From an uncultured Spirochaetota bacterium (GTDB lineage Bacteria > Spirochaetota > Spirochaetia > SZUA-6 > Fen-1364): a DNA stretch of 64,000 bases. The stretch spans positions 768,001-832,000 of the forward strand of contig CAWAHW010000002.1 of the NCBI GenBank assembly GCA_963781885.1, in the 5' to 3' direction. Positions 41,443 through 56,089 of this stretch are shown piece after piece. The notes beneath the pieces were generated by a model, which had not been told where the DNA came from, made no database searches, and worked only from the letters and a program-made list of their open reading frames with translations. The stretch's first letter is position 1; each line of letters starts with the position of its first letter. The position numbers and the translations under genes were made by a program.

Positions 41443-42852
41443 CTATTCCAACGCGTCGACGAGCCGGCCGAAAGCCGCGACCGCCGCGTCGTTGTCCCGG
41501 GTGGTGTGGACGCAGGAGACCATGTCCCTCCCGTTGCGCGTGAGAACGCCCTGCGCGTGCACCATCATCGAGTACTCCTCGAGGAGTCCGCGGCGGTGCA
41601 GGATTTCCTGCATCGACTCGGGGCCGACGATCGGCACCGCGTGTGCCGCCGTCATCTCGATGCGGACGATGCCGCCGAAGTTGTAGGCGAAAAAGCCGCA
41701 CCCGCGGGCGGCGAACATGCCGTTGAGCTTGTCGACGTAGTCCGAGGCGACGGCGAACATCCGCTCGATGACGCCGGGCTTTTCGAGCTCCAGGATCGTG
41801 TAATACGCGGCCGCAGCCGACAGGGTATTGCCCGGCAGCGTGCCGGCAATGTAGGCGAAAGGCTTGCCGTCGGGTATGACCCCCACGGTTGCCGTGTCGA
41901 TCACGTCCGCCCGGCCGCCGACGGCGCCGGCAGAGGGCCATCCCCCCATCAGCGCCTTGCCCAGAAGCGTGAGGTCCGGCGTCACGTTCAGCGCCGCCTG
42001 CGCCCCGCCAAGCCCCATGCGCAGACCCGTCACCACCTCGTCGAAGACGTAGAGGGCGCCGTGACGATGCGCGATGTCGATCGCGGCGGCGTGGAAGCCA
42101 TCGGCAAAAGGCACGAGGCCCGACTCCGCGCCCATCGGCTCGCAGAACACCGCGGCGATTCCCCCGTCGGCATCGTGCTCCACGAAGGCTCTCTCCAGCG
42201 CGTCCAGGTCGTTCGGCGGAACCAGGACGAGAAGATCGAGGACCTCGTCGGGCACGCCGTACGAGATGAAGCGCCCGCTGCCCGGCACCTCGAGGTCCGT
42301 GAGGAACTGGTCGCTCCAGCCGTGGTAGCCGGCGAGAAACTTGACGATGCGCTTCTTTCCGGTGTAGGACCGCGCGATTTTCGCCGCGGCGGCGGCCGCC
42401 TCCGTGCCCGAGCAGGTGAAGCGGACCCGGTCGATGCCGGGGAAATGCCGCACGATCTTCTCCGCGGCCTTCACTTCCATCTCGTCGCAGTAGCCGTGGA
42501 AATACGTCCGCTTCCCGATGACATCGAGCATGCTGCGCCGCAGTCCCTCGTGGTTGTGCCCGAGGATGAGCGGTCCGCCCGCGAGGATGTAGTCGACATA
42601 TTCGTTGCCGTCGACGTCCCAGACACGGCTCGCCTTGCCGCGCTCCATGAAGAGGGGGTAGGGGTAACTGGGTGCCCATGCGTGGCCGCACCCCCGCGGA
42701 ATCACCTTGCCCGCCTGCTCGAAGAGACGGGCGGAGCGTGTCGTGCGCGCCGTGATGTCGGCAAGCGCGGCCTTTTTCTTTTCCGGGTGGAGCCCTCGCA
42801 CGGGGCTCGACGCGATGGCCTTCGTCCGGCTGACGATATCCTGGTGCTTCAT
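41443..42852 (-). CDS. Class-III PLP aminotransferase (glutamate-1-semialdehyde aminomutase-like)
   Basis: WDVDGNEYVD, SGTEA, FDEVVTGLR and LGKALMGG. AGGAGG RBS. Confidence 0.85.
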   Translation of the reverse strand: MKHQDIVSRTKAIASSPVRGLHPEKKKAALADITARTTRSARLFEQAGKVIPRGCGHAWAPSYPYPLFMERGKASRVWDVDGNEYVDYILAGGPLILGHNHEGLRRSMLDVIGKRTYFHGYCDEMEVKAAEKIVRHFPGIDRVRFTCSGTEAAAAAAKIARSYTGKKRIVKFLAGYHGWSDQFLTDLEVPGSGRFISYGVPDEVLDLLVLVPPNDLDALERAFVEHDADGGIAAVFCEPMGAESGLVPFADGFHAAAIDIAHRHGALYVFDEVVTGLRMGLGGAQAALNVTPDLTLLGKALMGGWPSAGAVGGRADVIDTATVGVIPDGKPFAYIAGTLPGNTLSAAAAYYTILELEKPGVIERMFAVASDYVDKLNGMFAARGCGFFAYNFGGIVRIEMTAAHAVPIVGPESMQEILHRRGLLEEYSMMVHAQGVLTRNGRDMVSCVHTTRDNDAAVAAFGRLVDALE

Positions 42853-42960
42853 GAGGCCTCCTCGTGACGACCCCGGAGTATAGGGAAGCCGCTCGGGTCT
42901 TTCCAGAGCACGGGCGGGCGCAGTTGAAGGCATGCACGGCGGAGGCTACACTGCGCAGAA

Positions 42961-44862
42961 ATGGATGCCACCGGGCTCGAACGGCTTCTCTCCGACATCC
43001 GGCGCGCGCGCATCGGCGTGATCGGGGACTTCTGCCTCGATGGCTACTGGACCATCGATACATCGCTCTCTGAAATCTCCGTGGAGACGGGCCGGGCCAC
43101 CCGGTCGGTGCGCCGGCAGCGCTACTCCCTGGGCGGGGCAGGGAATGTCGTGGCGAATCTTGCCGCGCTGGGTGTCGCGCGTATCGCGGCTCTCGGCGTC
43201 ATCGGGCCCGATCCTTTCGGCCGCGAGGTGCTGCGCATACTTGGGGAATGGGGCGCGGACATGAGCGGCATGCTCGTCCAGGACGACGGCTGGGACACGC
43301 CGGTGTATCTCAAGCCCATGGAGGGCGATGTCGAGCAGGGCCGTATCGATTTCGGCAATGCCAACTGTGCTCTGGCCTGAAATCGGCGCCCGGCTTGTTG
43401 CGATGGCGGCCACCGCCCTCACGGAGCTCGACGTCGCTGATCGTCAACCAGCAGCTCCTGCACGGCATCCACACGGAAGCCGTGCGCGCGGGTCTTGCCG
43501 CCGTCATCCGCGGGGCGCACATCCCCGTGGTCTGCGACAGCAGGACCTGGAGCGACAGCTACGACGGGGCGCTGCGCAAGCTGAACGGCCGGGAGGCGCT
43601 CCGGCTGTGCGGCGCACAGGGGGAGGCCGGGGACACCATCGGGCTTGCCGATGCCGAACGCGCGGCTGACGCCCTCTACGCCCGCTGGCAGAAGCCTCTT
43701 TTCCTCACGCGCGGCGAGCAGGGCATCCTCGTACGCGACGAGCGCGGCGCGCATGGCGTGCCCGGGCTCCAGGTACTCGGCCGGACGGACACCGTGGGCG
43801 CAGGGGACAGCGCGCTCGCCGGCATCGCCGCGGCGCTCGCCGCGGGCAGCCGACCCGGTCACCGCCGCGACGCTGGGCAACTTCGTGGCCGGCGTGACGG
43901 TGCAGAAGCTCTTCGTCACGGGCACCGCGACACCGGAGGAGGTCCTGGCGATCGGCCGGGAACCGGACTACGTCTTCAACCCCGAGCTTGCCGACGACCC
44001 GCGCGCGGCGCGCTTTCTCCCCGGCGCGGACATCGAGGTCGTGAGCGCACCGCCGCGCGCCCGGTTCCTGCACGCGATATTCGACAACGACGGCACCATC
44101 TCCACGCTGCGCGAGGGGTGGGAAGGAATCATGGCGCCCGTCATGATCCGCGCCATCCTCGGCAGCGACTGGAAGACCGCGAACCGGGGTCTTTACGACC
44201 AGGTGAGCGGGCGCGTGTATGCCTACATCGACAGGACCACCGGCGTGCAGACACTCGTGCAGATGCACGGACTCGTGGAGATGGTAAAGGAGTTCGGCAT
44301 CGTTCCTGCATCGGACGTGAAGGACGCCGCGGGCTACAAGGAGCAGTACAACACGGAGCTCCTGGCCCTCGTCGCGGGGCGCATCGCGAAGCTTGCAGCC
44401 GGGGAGCTGTGCGTGGACGACCTCACCGTCAAGGGCGCCCTGCCATTCCTGCGCGCGCTGGCCGCGGCGGGCGTCACGCTGCACCTCGCAAGCGGCTCAG
44501 ACGAACCTGACGTGATCGCCGAGGCGCGCGCCCTGGGCTATGTCGATCTTTTCAAGGGGCACATCCGCGGGGCCGTGGGCGACGTGAAGGTCGAGGCGAA
44601 GAAAATCGTATTGGAGAAGATCCTTGCGGAAGCCGGGAGCGCGGGCCGCGGCGCATTCGTCACGTTTGGCGATGGCCCGCTGGAAATGAGAGAAACGGGG
44701 CGGCGCGGAGGCTTCACCGTGGGCGTGGCAAGCGACGAGCTGCGCAGGTTCGGGTGGAACATGAGGAAGCGCGCGCGGCTGATCCGCGCCGGGGCGGACC
44801 TGGTCGTGCCGGATTTTTCCCAGTGGCAGGCCCTGATCGGCGTGCTGGGGATGGGACAATGA
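42961..44862 (+). CDS. PfkB/RfaE-like sugar kinase fused to a HAD hydrolase; several frameshifts (~43375, ~43435, ~43850)
   Basis: IGDFCLD, LGGAGNV and DTVGAGD in successive frames, then HAD motifs FDNDGT and FGDG. Confidence 0.72.
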
Positions 44863-45961
44863 GCTTTCCACTTTTCGACAGGAAGCGGCTTGTCTTCAGG
44901 CCCCTTTCGGAGCGCGCCAACAAGGTGCGCTTCCCGGAGAATGCCATTTCACCCGACGCCGTGCCCGCCGCGCTCTCAGTGAAAGCCGCGCAGACGCTCG
45001 CCGACACCGTGGAGAAGATCAGGAGTGCCCGTGCCGGGGGAAGACCCGTGATCTGCGCGTTCGGCGCGCACACGATCAAGAACGGATTGGGCCCCGTTCT
45101 CATCCGGCTGATCGAAGACGGGTGGATCACGCACCTGGCCACAAATGGCGCCGGTATCATCCACGACTGGGAGCTCGCCTTCCAGGGACGCACGAGCGAA
45201 GACGTGCGGGTGAATGTCGCGCGCGGCGAGTTCGGGATCTGGGAGGAAACGGGCCGGTACATCAACCTTGCGCTGCTTGTCGGCGCCGCGGAGGCAAAAG
45301 GATACGGCCAATCCATCGGCGCGCTGATCGCGACGCAGGGCCTCGACATACCGTCCCGTGCAGAGCTGCACCGGCAGGCCGCCGCGCTTCTGGACGCCGA
45401 TCCTGAAAGGGCGGCCGCTGCCGCGGACCTCCTTGCAGCGGTGCAGGATTTCGACATCCCGGCGGCCGGCTGGAGGTGCCGCATCCCTTCCGCGCGTCGA
45501 GCCCGCAGGCCGCGGCATACGCGCGGGGCGTGCCATTCACCGGCCACCCGATGATCGGCCACGACATCATTTACACGCATCCGCTCAACAGCGGCGCCGC
45601 CGTCGGCCGAACGGCGCTGCGGGATTTCCTCCTGTACGCCGAGGCGGTGAGCAGGATCGAGGGCGGGGTCTACCTTTCCGTGGGCTCGGCCGTCATGTCG
45701 CCCATGATATTCGAAAAATCCCTCTCCATGGCCCAGAACATCGCGCGCCAGGAGGGGAGGTCCATCACCACTCACTACATCCTGGTCGTCGATCTTGCCG
45801 AATCCGCCTGGGATTGGAAGAGGGACGGGGAGCCGCCGGCCGACAATCCCGCCTATTACCTGCGTTACGCCAAGAGCTTTGCGCGCATGGGCGGGACGCT
45901 GGCTTTCCTCCCGGCGGACAACAGGGATTTCTTTCTCTCGCTCCTGCACGCGCTGGCGTGA
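44859..45961 (+). CDS. Hypothetical protein, deoxyhypusine-synthase-like fold; frameshift near 45475
   Basis: FGAHTIKNGLG, LATNGAGIIHD, IGHDIIY and VGSAVMSP; ATGA-coupled to the upstream gene. Confidence 0.6.
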
Positions 45962-46005
45962 CGGGCGGGCGCGCCGGGTCAGCAGTTCTGATATGATGTG
46001 CCCCC

Positions 46006-46272
46006 GTCAAGCTCTAAAAGCCTCCTTTTTTCTTTAGAACTCCTTCTGAACATCGAGGCCAACCCGAAGAGATGGAGAAGGGCATAACCGACGATCGACC
46101 AGTCTGATATGCGTGGATTGGTTACCGCAGGCCAATGTGATCGTCAGGAGCTTGCCTCCGTCTCATTACCAGGATCAGACCATAGTCTGCCTGCAGAACC
46201 GCTCGAGGATTCTCCGTTCGCCACGAACCTTCCCCATCCGTCCCGGTTGCCTCGATTGCATACGCAGCCTCC
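46006..46272 (-). ncRNA. Putative bridge/seek RNA (copy C); exact ends unknown
   Basis: Same sequence as 8581-8847. Target loop 46155-46209, donor loop 46088-46147. Confidence 0.75.
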
Positions 46273-47367
46273 TCAAGCCACCCGATCAACCATCGCGCCC
46301 CACAGGAACCCCGAGAGCTCTCGCGCCACCGCCGTCACCACGGTCTGAGAAGCTTTGCCGCGAAAAAGCAGACGCAGAAATTTCTTGTTTAGCCGCCTGC
46401 ACGCACGGTTGGCATAGCTGACCAAGGATGGAGAAAGACCCTCGCGTCGTTTCATCAACCGAGTGCTACTGGGATGGTAGCTGCGGTATTGCCAGGCGGC
46501 CTCCACCAGAAGTTTGCGCAGGTGGGAATTACCCGCCTTTGTGATTCCTCCCAAGCGCCTCTTGTTTCCGCTGGATCGCTCGGAGGGCACCAACCCCAAA
46601 AACGCCATGAATTGATCCGCACCTGCAAAGCGCCGAAAGTCCCCGATCTCCGAAACAAGCGACAAGGCGATCAGCGTCTCCACGCCCTTGAACGCCTTCA
46701 GCTTGGCTACAGGTTCGGCATAGCTTTTACGTGCCGCGATCTCTTCGATGCCCGCCTTGATCCGCCGACACTTCTCCTCCAGCTCGTCGACTTGGCAGCG
46801 GTACTCGGTGAGAGTCAACTGCTCCAGCGGATCCTCCAACTCAAGAGCCTGCAACCATGCTCGATGCGGCTGCGTCCATGTGGCTCCTTGTTCATAACGT
46901 ATCCGCCTCCGCAGAAGAAAACCCAGCACGCGCTGCTTGGCCTTGCGCAGATCGGACTTCATGTCCTCCAGCATTCGTAGATAGTCGCGAACCGCTTCGT
47001 CTTCCCGCGTGGGTACATGAACGGCACTCACATCCCCGCTCCGAAGTGCGCGAGCAAGCATCACAGCGTCCCTTCTATCGGTCTTTATGCGATCTCCCGG
47101 ACGATGTGGAATCTGAGACGGAGCCAGCACCGCACACGGCACACCCAGTTCCGTCAATTGTCGATACAGGGAATACCCTAGACATCCCGCCTCGTAGCAT
47201 GTCACCAGGTCCCCCGCGGACTGGAGCTTCTTGAAATAGGCCTGGATTACGCTCTTTTCATTGCGAATCACCGTCTCGGCCCTCGGCTTCTGATCGCGCC
47301 CGCTCAGGATCGCTATGGCGATCTTTTCTTTGTCGACGTCCATGCCAACGTAATGTACAATACCCAT
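46273..47367 (-). CDS. IS110-family recombinase (DEDD + Tnp20), 364 aa
   Basis: GMDVDK, CYEAG and KTDRRDA (DEDD) plus the GLVPSERSSG serine loop. RBS AAGGGGG before ATG 47367. Confidence 0.97.
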   Translation of the reverse strand: MGIVHYVGMDVDKEKIAIAILSGRDQKPRAETVIRNEKSVIQAYFKKLQSAGDLVTCYEAGCLGYSLYRQLTELGVPCAVLAPSQIPHRPGDRIKTDRRDAVMLARALRSGDVSAVHVPTREDEAVRDYLRMLEDMKSDLRKAKQRVLGFLLRRRIRYEQGATWTQPHRAWLQALELEDPLEQLTLTEYRCQVDELEEKCRRIKAGIEEIAARKSYAEPVAKLKAFKGVETLIALSLVSEIGDFRRFAGADQFMAFLGLVPSERSSGNKRRLGGITKAGNSHLRKLLVEAAWQYRSYHPSSTRLMKRREGLSPSLVSYANRACRRLNKKFLRLLFRGKASQTVVTAVARELSGFLWGAMVDRVA

Positions 47368-47669
47368 GACTGCCCCCTTGTGCGTTGTTTGTGGCGTGCC
47401 GCATCGAGACGCCAATCTCATGATACGGCCGATCCACGTTGTAGCAACCACCTGGGGGCACTTCATATTGTCTCATTTTGGACCTTTCTGAGGTCTGGAA
47501 CGTATGCAGACTTGGAAAACGGCCTTTCATTAAGGGACAAAATGAGAACTGCATCATTCAGTCACCATACTGAGAATTGCTGGCGCCGGGTTTCTTGTCA
47601 CAACCGGCGATTTGCGATAGTATCCCTGTCAAAGTCCTCAACACCCTTTCACGAAAGAAGGTTTCACAT

Positions 47670-51241
<3,572 letters not shown>

Positions 51242-51245
<4 letters not shown>

Positions 51246-52714
51246 CGTCCGCCCCCGGGCGCGGCGCGGAGTCCGGCGATACGCCCGACCACGCGCGCGC
51301 CCTGCCTTCCTGGTACGACGATGCGAAGCTCGGCATCATTGTCCACTGGGGTCCGTACTCGGTGCCCGCGTGGGCCCCGGCGATCGGGGAGATGCCGCGG
51401 GTCGTCGCCGAGCAGGGCTGGGACTACTGGTTTTCCCACAATTCCTACGCCGAATGGTACGCGAACAGCATGGCCGTTCCCGGCAGTCCCACCCAGGCGC
51501 ATCACCGCGCCTCCTGGCACCGGCTCACGCGCTACGACACGTTCGGGCGCACCTTTCGTCAGGGTCTGAAGGAATGGGATCCGGCGCCGCTGCTCGACGC
51601 CCTTGCCGCAAGCGGCGCCCGCTACGCGATCCTCGCGGCAAAGCACCACGACGGCTTCCTGCTCTGGAACGCGCGCAGCCGGCATCCCCGCAAGCGCGGC
51701 TGGCAGGTGACACGCGACCTCATCGGTGAGATCGCCTCTGGCGTGCGGGCCCGCGGCCTCCGCTTCGGCCTGTACTACTCCAGCGGCCTCGACTGGACGT
51801 TCCGCGGCGCGACGATCAGGAGCCACGAGGACCTGGCCGCGGCCATGCCGCGGACGCGCGCCTACGCCGGCTACGTGAACGCTCACTGGCGCGAGCTCAT
51901 TGCCCGCTACGAGCCTTCGATCCTGTGGAACGATCGCGGGTGTCCTCCCGGCCTGGACGTGCGCGGTCTTTTCTCCACCTACTACGCGGCGGTGCCCGAT
52001 GGCGTCGTCAACGACCGGTTCGGACAGACGGATTTCGCCGACGCGGGTGGATTCGTGCAGCGCACGGTGCGCGCCGCGCTGCGCGCATTTCGCGGCGGCC
52101 GCACGCCTGCCCGCGCAAAGGCGGGCTTGCAGCAGGGACATGCCGATTTTACCACCGCCGAGTACGAGCTCGCGCCCGGCGATGGCACCACCAAGTGGGA
52201 GCACGTGCGCGCCCTCGGGCGCTCGTTTGCTCTCAACACGGAAGAGACCGACGAGCACATGCTGTCCACGACGTCGCTCGTGAGGCTGCTGGTCCAGGTC
52301 GTCTCGGAGGGCGGGAACCTGCTCCTCGGCGTCGGCCCGAACGCGGACGGCTCGCTGGGCGAGCTGCAGAGAACGCGCCTCGAGGGCCTCGGGAAGTGGC
52401 TTTCCCAGAACGGCGTGGCGATTTACGGCTCGCGACCATGGGGGCCCGGGGAAAGCGCCACGGAGGACGGCATCGAGCTGCGGTTCACGACCCGCGGCAT
52501 GACCACCTACGCCATACTCCTGGGCACGCCCGCCGGACGCACGATCGTTCTCCCGTCCCTGCGGCTGCTACCCTACGCGGGTCTTCGCATCATCGGCTCG
52601 ATCGGCTACGTGGCATGGTTCCAGGAAGGAAAGGACGTGCACATCCGGCTCACGGAGCCGCTGCGGGAATCCCCCGCCCACGTCATCAGCATCACGCCCC
52701 CGCCGCGCTCCTGA
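51242..52714 (+). CDS. Alpha-L-fucosidase (GH29)
   Basis: AKLGIIVHWG, AKHHDGF, LWND and GGNLLLGVGP. Confidence 0.9.
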
Positions 52715-52772
52715 GCGCGGGCCGCACGCGCTTCGCCGCGCCCGGCGCCGCCGCAGAGGACCGCCGCGGCCG

Positions 52773-54203
52773 CTACAGGGCAAGACCGCGAAATGTCCCC
52801 CCCATCTCCGCGCATGCCTTCATGAAGAGACGAAAAAGCTCGTCGTAGGCGTCGCGCGTGCGCTCATTCGGCATGAACACCTTCTGGAAGCGCACGAGGT
52901 GGTCGGCCGCGTGCGCCGGACTGTCGAACTCCTCCAGGCCGAAAAAGCCGACGCAGGCATTGCCGACCAGGTCGGCCTCTTCCTGCTCGGGCAGCAGGAC
53001 CTTCTTGCCCGTGACGTCGGCCCGGGCCTGGCACCAGCGGGGAAATCGCGCGAGGCCTCCAGTGACGCGCAGGTCCGCGATCTGGCAGCCGGCGTCCTCC
53101 ATCAGCGCGATGACCGACCGCACGGCGAAACCGCTTGATTCGAGCACCGCGCGCATCATCTCGCGCCTGCCGTGCTCGATCGTGAGCCCGAGGAACGCGC
53201 CCCGCATGTGGGGGTCCCAGATGGGGAAGGGCTCGGGCGTGAGAAAGGGCAGGAAGAGGAGCCGACCTGCGCCCGGCGCGACCGCGGCCGTCTCTTCCAG
53301 GATTTCTTCCATGCCCTCCGCGGGCGCCCCGAAGGTGCGCACCGCCCAGTCGAGCGCCGAGCCCGACGAGGAGATGATTGCGGAGATGTTGTAGGCGCCT
53401 CGTACGACGTGCGGGAAGCAGAGCAGGCGCTTGTCCTTGACGGGCGCCGACCAGCAGAGATTCACGCCTTCGGAGGTGCCGGCGCGGTCGCAGACGCGGC
53501 CCGGCTGCGTGCTTGCCGCGCCAATGATGGACATGATGTAGTCGGGCCCGCCGGCGATCACCGGGAGCCCTGCCGGCACGCCGAGTGTTTCCTCCGCTTC
53601 GGCACGCACGGTTCCCAGCAGGTCCCCGATCTCCACGAGCGGCGGAAACTTGTCCTGGTCCATCCGCAGGTGCGGGATGGCGGCCTCGTTCCAGAAGAAG
53701 TCCTTGAACACCTGCGTCGGCACGACACGCACCGCGTTGCCCGTGAGGAAATACGAGACATACTCCGCGCAGGGCAGGAAATGCCGCGTGCGCTCGTAGA
53801 TGTCCGGCTTGTGGCGCATGATCCAGAACGCCTTGGGAAGGTAGAAGGAGGCGTCCAGCGGGGTGTCGGAAAACTCCGCCACGATATCGGCCTCTTCCTG
53901 CGCCCGCCGATCCATCCACGTCATGGCGAAGTCCAGCGGCTCGCCGTCGCGGTCCACCGGCACGAGGGTCGGCCCGTTCGCGCTCACGACGACGCCGCGG
54001 ATGCGACCGAGCTCCCGCAGCCGCAGCTGCGCCGTGGTCATGGCGATTCCGGACAGCCACGTATTCGCGTCGCATTCGCGGCGCGCGGGATCGTTCGTCT
54101 CCACCATGCGGATCGGGATGCGCGCGCTGGCCAGGATCTTGCCGTCGATGCTCACCACAGCCGCCTTCAAGTACGTCGTGCCGATGTCGTAGGCGAGGAT
54201 CAT
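52773..54203 (-). CDS. FGGY-family carbohydrate kinase
   Basis: LAYDIGTT, WMDRRA, AGTS, FLPFL and TGG motifs. Confidence 0.9.
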   Translation of the reverse strand: MILAYDIGTTYLKAAVVSIDGKILASARIPIRMVETNDPARRECDANTWLSGIAMTTAQLRLRELGRIRGVVVSANGPTLVPVDRDGEPLDFAMTWMDRRAQEEADIVAEFSDTPLDASFYLPKAFWIMRHKPDIYERTRHFLPCAEYVSYFLTGNAVRVVPTQVFKDFFWNEAAIPHLRMDQDKFPPLVEIGDLLGTVRAEAEETLGVPAGLPVIAGGPDYIMSIIGAASTQPGRVCDRAGTSEGVNLCWSAPVKDKRLLCFPHVVRGAYNISAIISSSGSALDWAVRTFGAPAEGMEEILEETAAVAPGAGRLLFLPFLTPEPFPIWDPHMRGAFLGLTIEHGRREMMRAVLESSGFAVRSVIALMEDAGCQIADLRVTGGLARFPRWCQARADVTGKKVLLPEQEEADLVGNACVGFFGLEEFDSPAHAADHLVRFQKVFMPNERTRDAYDELFRLFMKACAEMGGTFRGLAL

Positions 54204-54372
54204 GGTTGCCCAGCATAACACAAGCGGCGGGGCTCATCCATGGCGCGGGGCGCCGCACGGCCCGCAGGCGCCGGGTTCGGCCGGCGAGGCGCCACGGGCC
54301 GCCGGCGCCGGCGGCAGGGCACCCTGCCGTGACTTGACTTTCGACCGATTTATCGCATTCTTATATCCATAC

Positions 54373-54503
54373 TTTTCTTCGAGGCAGGGAGCATTTCCCG
54401 ACCGGCGGTAGAGCCCGCAACCTGGATCGCGACCGCGCGCGGCGCGTGAAGGTGGAAACGGTGTGATTCCGTTGCCGACAGTACAGTCTGGATGGGAGAA
54501 GGA
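54373..54503 (+). promoter_or_regulatory. FMN riboswitch (RFN element)
   Basis: Conserved blocks TCTTCGAGGCAGGG, TTCCCGACCGGCGGTA, GCCCGC, GGTGTGATTCC and GCCGACAGTACAGTCTGGATGGGAGAAG. P1 abuts the RBS. Confidence 0.92.
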
Positions 54504-54509
54504 AGGAAC

Positions 54510-56078
54510 ATGCCGGAACCGTTGATCGAGGCGCGAAGCCTCGGATTTTCCTACCCGAACATGGACGTGCTGGACACGCTCACTTTCACCGTGGAGACGG
54601 GGAGCTTCGTGTCGTTTCTGGGCCCGTCGGGCTGCGGGAAGAGCACGCTCCTGAACCTGATCGCCGGCATCCTCCACCCGTCGCGCGGCGAGCTGCGCGT
54701 CAACCCTTCGCGGATCTCCTTCGTCTTCCAGAACGATACGCTGCTGCCGTGGCGCTCGTCGATCGCCAACGTGCTCCTTCCCTTTGACCTGCTGGGATTG
54801 CCCGCATCCGACGAGCTTCGCGGCCGCGGCATGCGCCTCCTTGCGGACCTTGGCCTCGCGGGGAGTGAAGAGCTTTTCCCGTCCCAGCTTTCGGGGGGCA
54901 TGAAGAAGCGCGTGGAGCTTGCGCGGGCGCTCGTGACGGAGCCCGAGCTTCTCATCCTCGACGAGCCATTCTCATCGCTGGACATCATGACGCGCGAAAG
55001 ACTGAACGTCATGGTCCGCGCGCTTCACCGGCGGACGGGCGGAAGCGTCGTGATGGTGACCCATTCGGTTGAAGAGGCATGCTTTCTGTCGGACCGCCTC
55101 TTCGTGCTCTCCTCCGCCCCTGCCCGCATCATCGAGGCCCATGAGCTGTCGAAAAATGGAGAGGAGCTTCCGGCCCATTATCTGCTCTCCCGGACGGAGA
55201 GGGGTGTTGCAGAGGACGTCCGCAGGAATGCAAATGCGCTCTGGACGGTTCCGTTTGAGAAGGTCGTTTTGCAGAAACGAGACAAGGAAGAAACGGGCGC
55301 GGGTCGCGCGACGGGGCGAGATTTTCTCCGCCGCCACTACGGCTGGGTGCTGGTGCCCGCGGAGCTCGCGGCGATCTTTTTCGTGCTGGTCTTCCTCAAG
55401 GTGCGCATTCCCATTCCCGACTACATCCTTCCGCATCCGTGGGGCGTGCTCACGCGCTTTGCCACGACATTGTGGCGCGGCACCATACTTCCCGACGTCG
55501 GCATGACGGTCTATGAATCCCTCGCCGGTTTCGGGATCGCATTCGCCGCATCGCTCGTGCTGGGCTACGGCATCGCGAAGTCGCGTCTCGCATCACGCCT
55601 CCTCATGCCGTACCTCATCGCGGCCAACACCATCCCCACCATTGCGCTTGCACCTTTCCTGGTGCTGTGGCTGGGTTTCGGGGCGGCTCCCCGTATCGTG
55701 ACGTCGGCCATCGTGATCTTCTTCCCGATGCTGGTCACCACGATTTCCGCGATCGGCATCGCCGAGCGGGAGATGAGCCAGCTCATTTCTTTCTTCCGGC
55801 CTCCCCGCCTGCGGCGTTTCGCGTATTTCGAGCTGCCTGCCTCCCTGCCGATGATCGCGAGCGGTGTGAAGGTGTCGATCACGCTTTCGGTGATCGGCGC
55901 CGTCGTCGGGGAGTTCGTCGCGGGCAATCGGGGGCTGGGGGCTCTCGTGAGCATCGCGAAGGCCAATTTTGACGTGGAGCTGATGTTCGTGGGTTTGATC
56001 TGGCTCGTGCTGCTCGGCCTTGCGTATTACGCGGCCGCGGGCCTTGCCCACAGGCTGGTGGCACGCTCGCTTCGATAG
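54510..56078 (+). CDS. NitT/TauT-type ABC transporter, fused ATPase + permease (probable riboflavin uptake)
   Basis: GPSGCGKS, LSGGMKKR and LDEPF, followed in frame by a permease domain (IPTIALAP, VIGAVVGEF). Confidence 0.85.
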   Translation: MPEPLIEARSLGFSYPNMDVLDTLTFTVETGSFVSFLGPSGCGKSTLLNLIAGILHPSRGELRVNPSRISFVFQNDTLLPWRSSIANVLLPFDLLGLPASDELRGRGMRLLADLGLAGSEELFPSQLSGGMKKRVELARALVTEPELLILDEPFSSLDIMTRERLNVMVRALHRRTGGSVVMVTHSVEEACFLSDRLFVLSSAPARIIEAHELSKNGEELPAHYLLSRTERGVAEDVRRNANALWTVPFEKVVLQKRDKEETGAGRATGRDFLRRHYGWVLVPAELAAIFFVLVFLKVRIPIPDYILPHPWGVLTRFATTLWRGTILPDVGMTVYESLAGFGIAFAASLVLGYGIAKSRLASRLLMPYLIAANTIPTIALAPFLVLWLGFGAAPRIVTSAIVIFFPMLVTTISAIGIAEREMSQLISFFRPPRLRRFAYFELPASLPMIASGVKVSITLSVIGAVVGEFVAGNRGLGALVSIAKANFDVELMFVGLIWLVLLGLAYYAAAGLAHRLVARSLR

Positions 56079-56089
56079 GAGGATTTCCG

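Larger units (their letters stand above)
45987..47470 (-). mobile_element. IS110-family (IS1111-type) element, full length, 1484 bp including one AGA core
   Basis: Sub-terminal inverted repeats TATGA(A/T)GTGCCCCC at 45992-46005 and 47454-47467 (13/14). Long non-coding region 3' of the transposase. No IS-generated duplication beyond the 3-bp core. Confidence 0.95.
45980..47582 (-). mobile_element. MITE copy C (119 bp), interrupted by a full-length IS110 element
   Basis: Perfect 9-bp direct repeat GCGCCGGGT at 45971-45979 and 47583-47591. MITE parts are 45980-45986 and 47471-47582. Confidence 0.9.
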
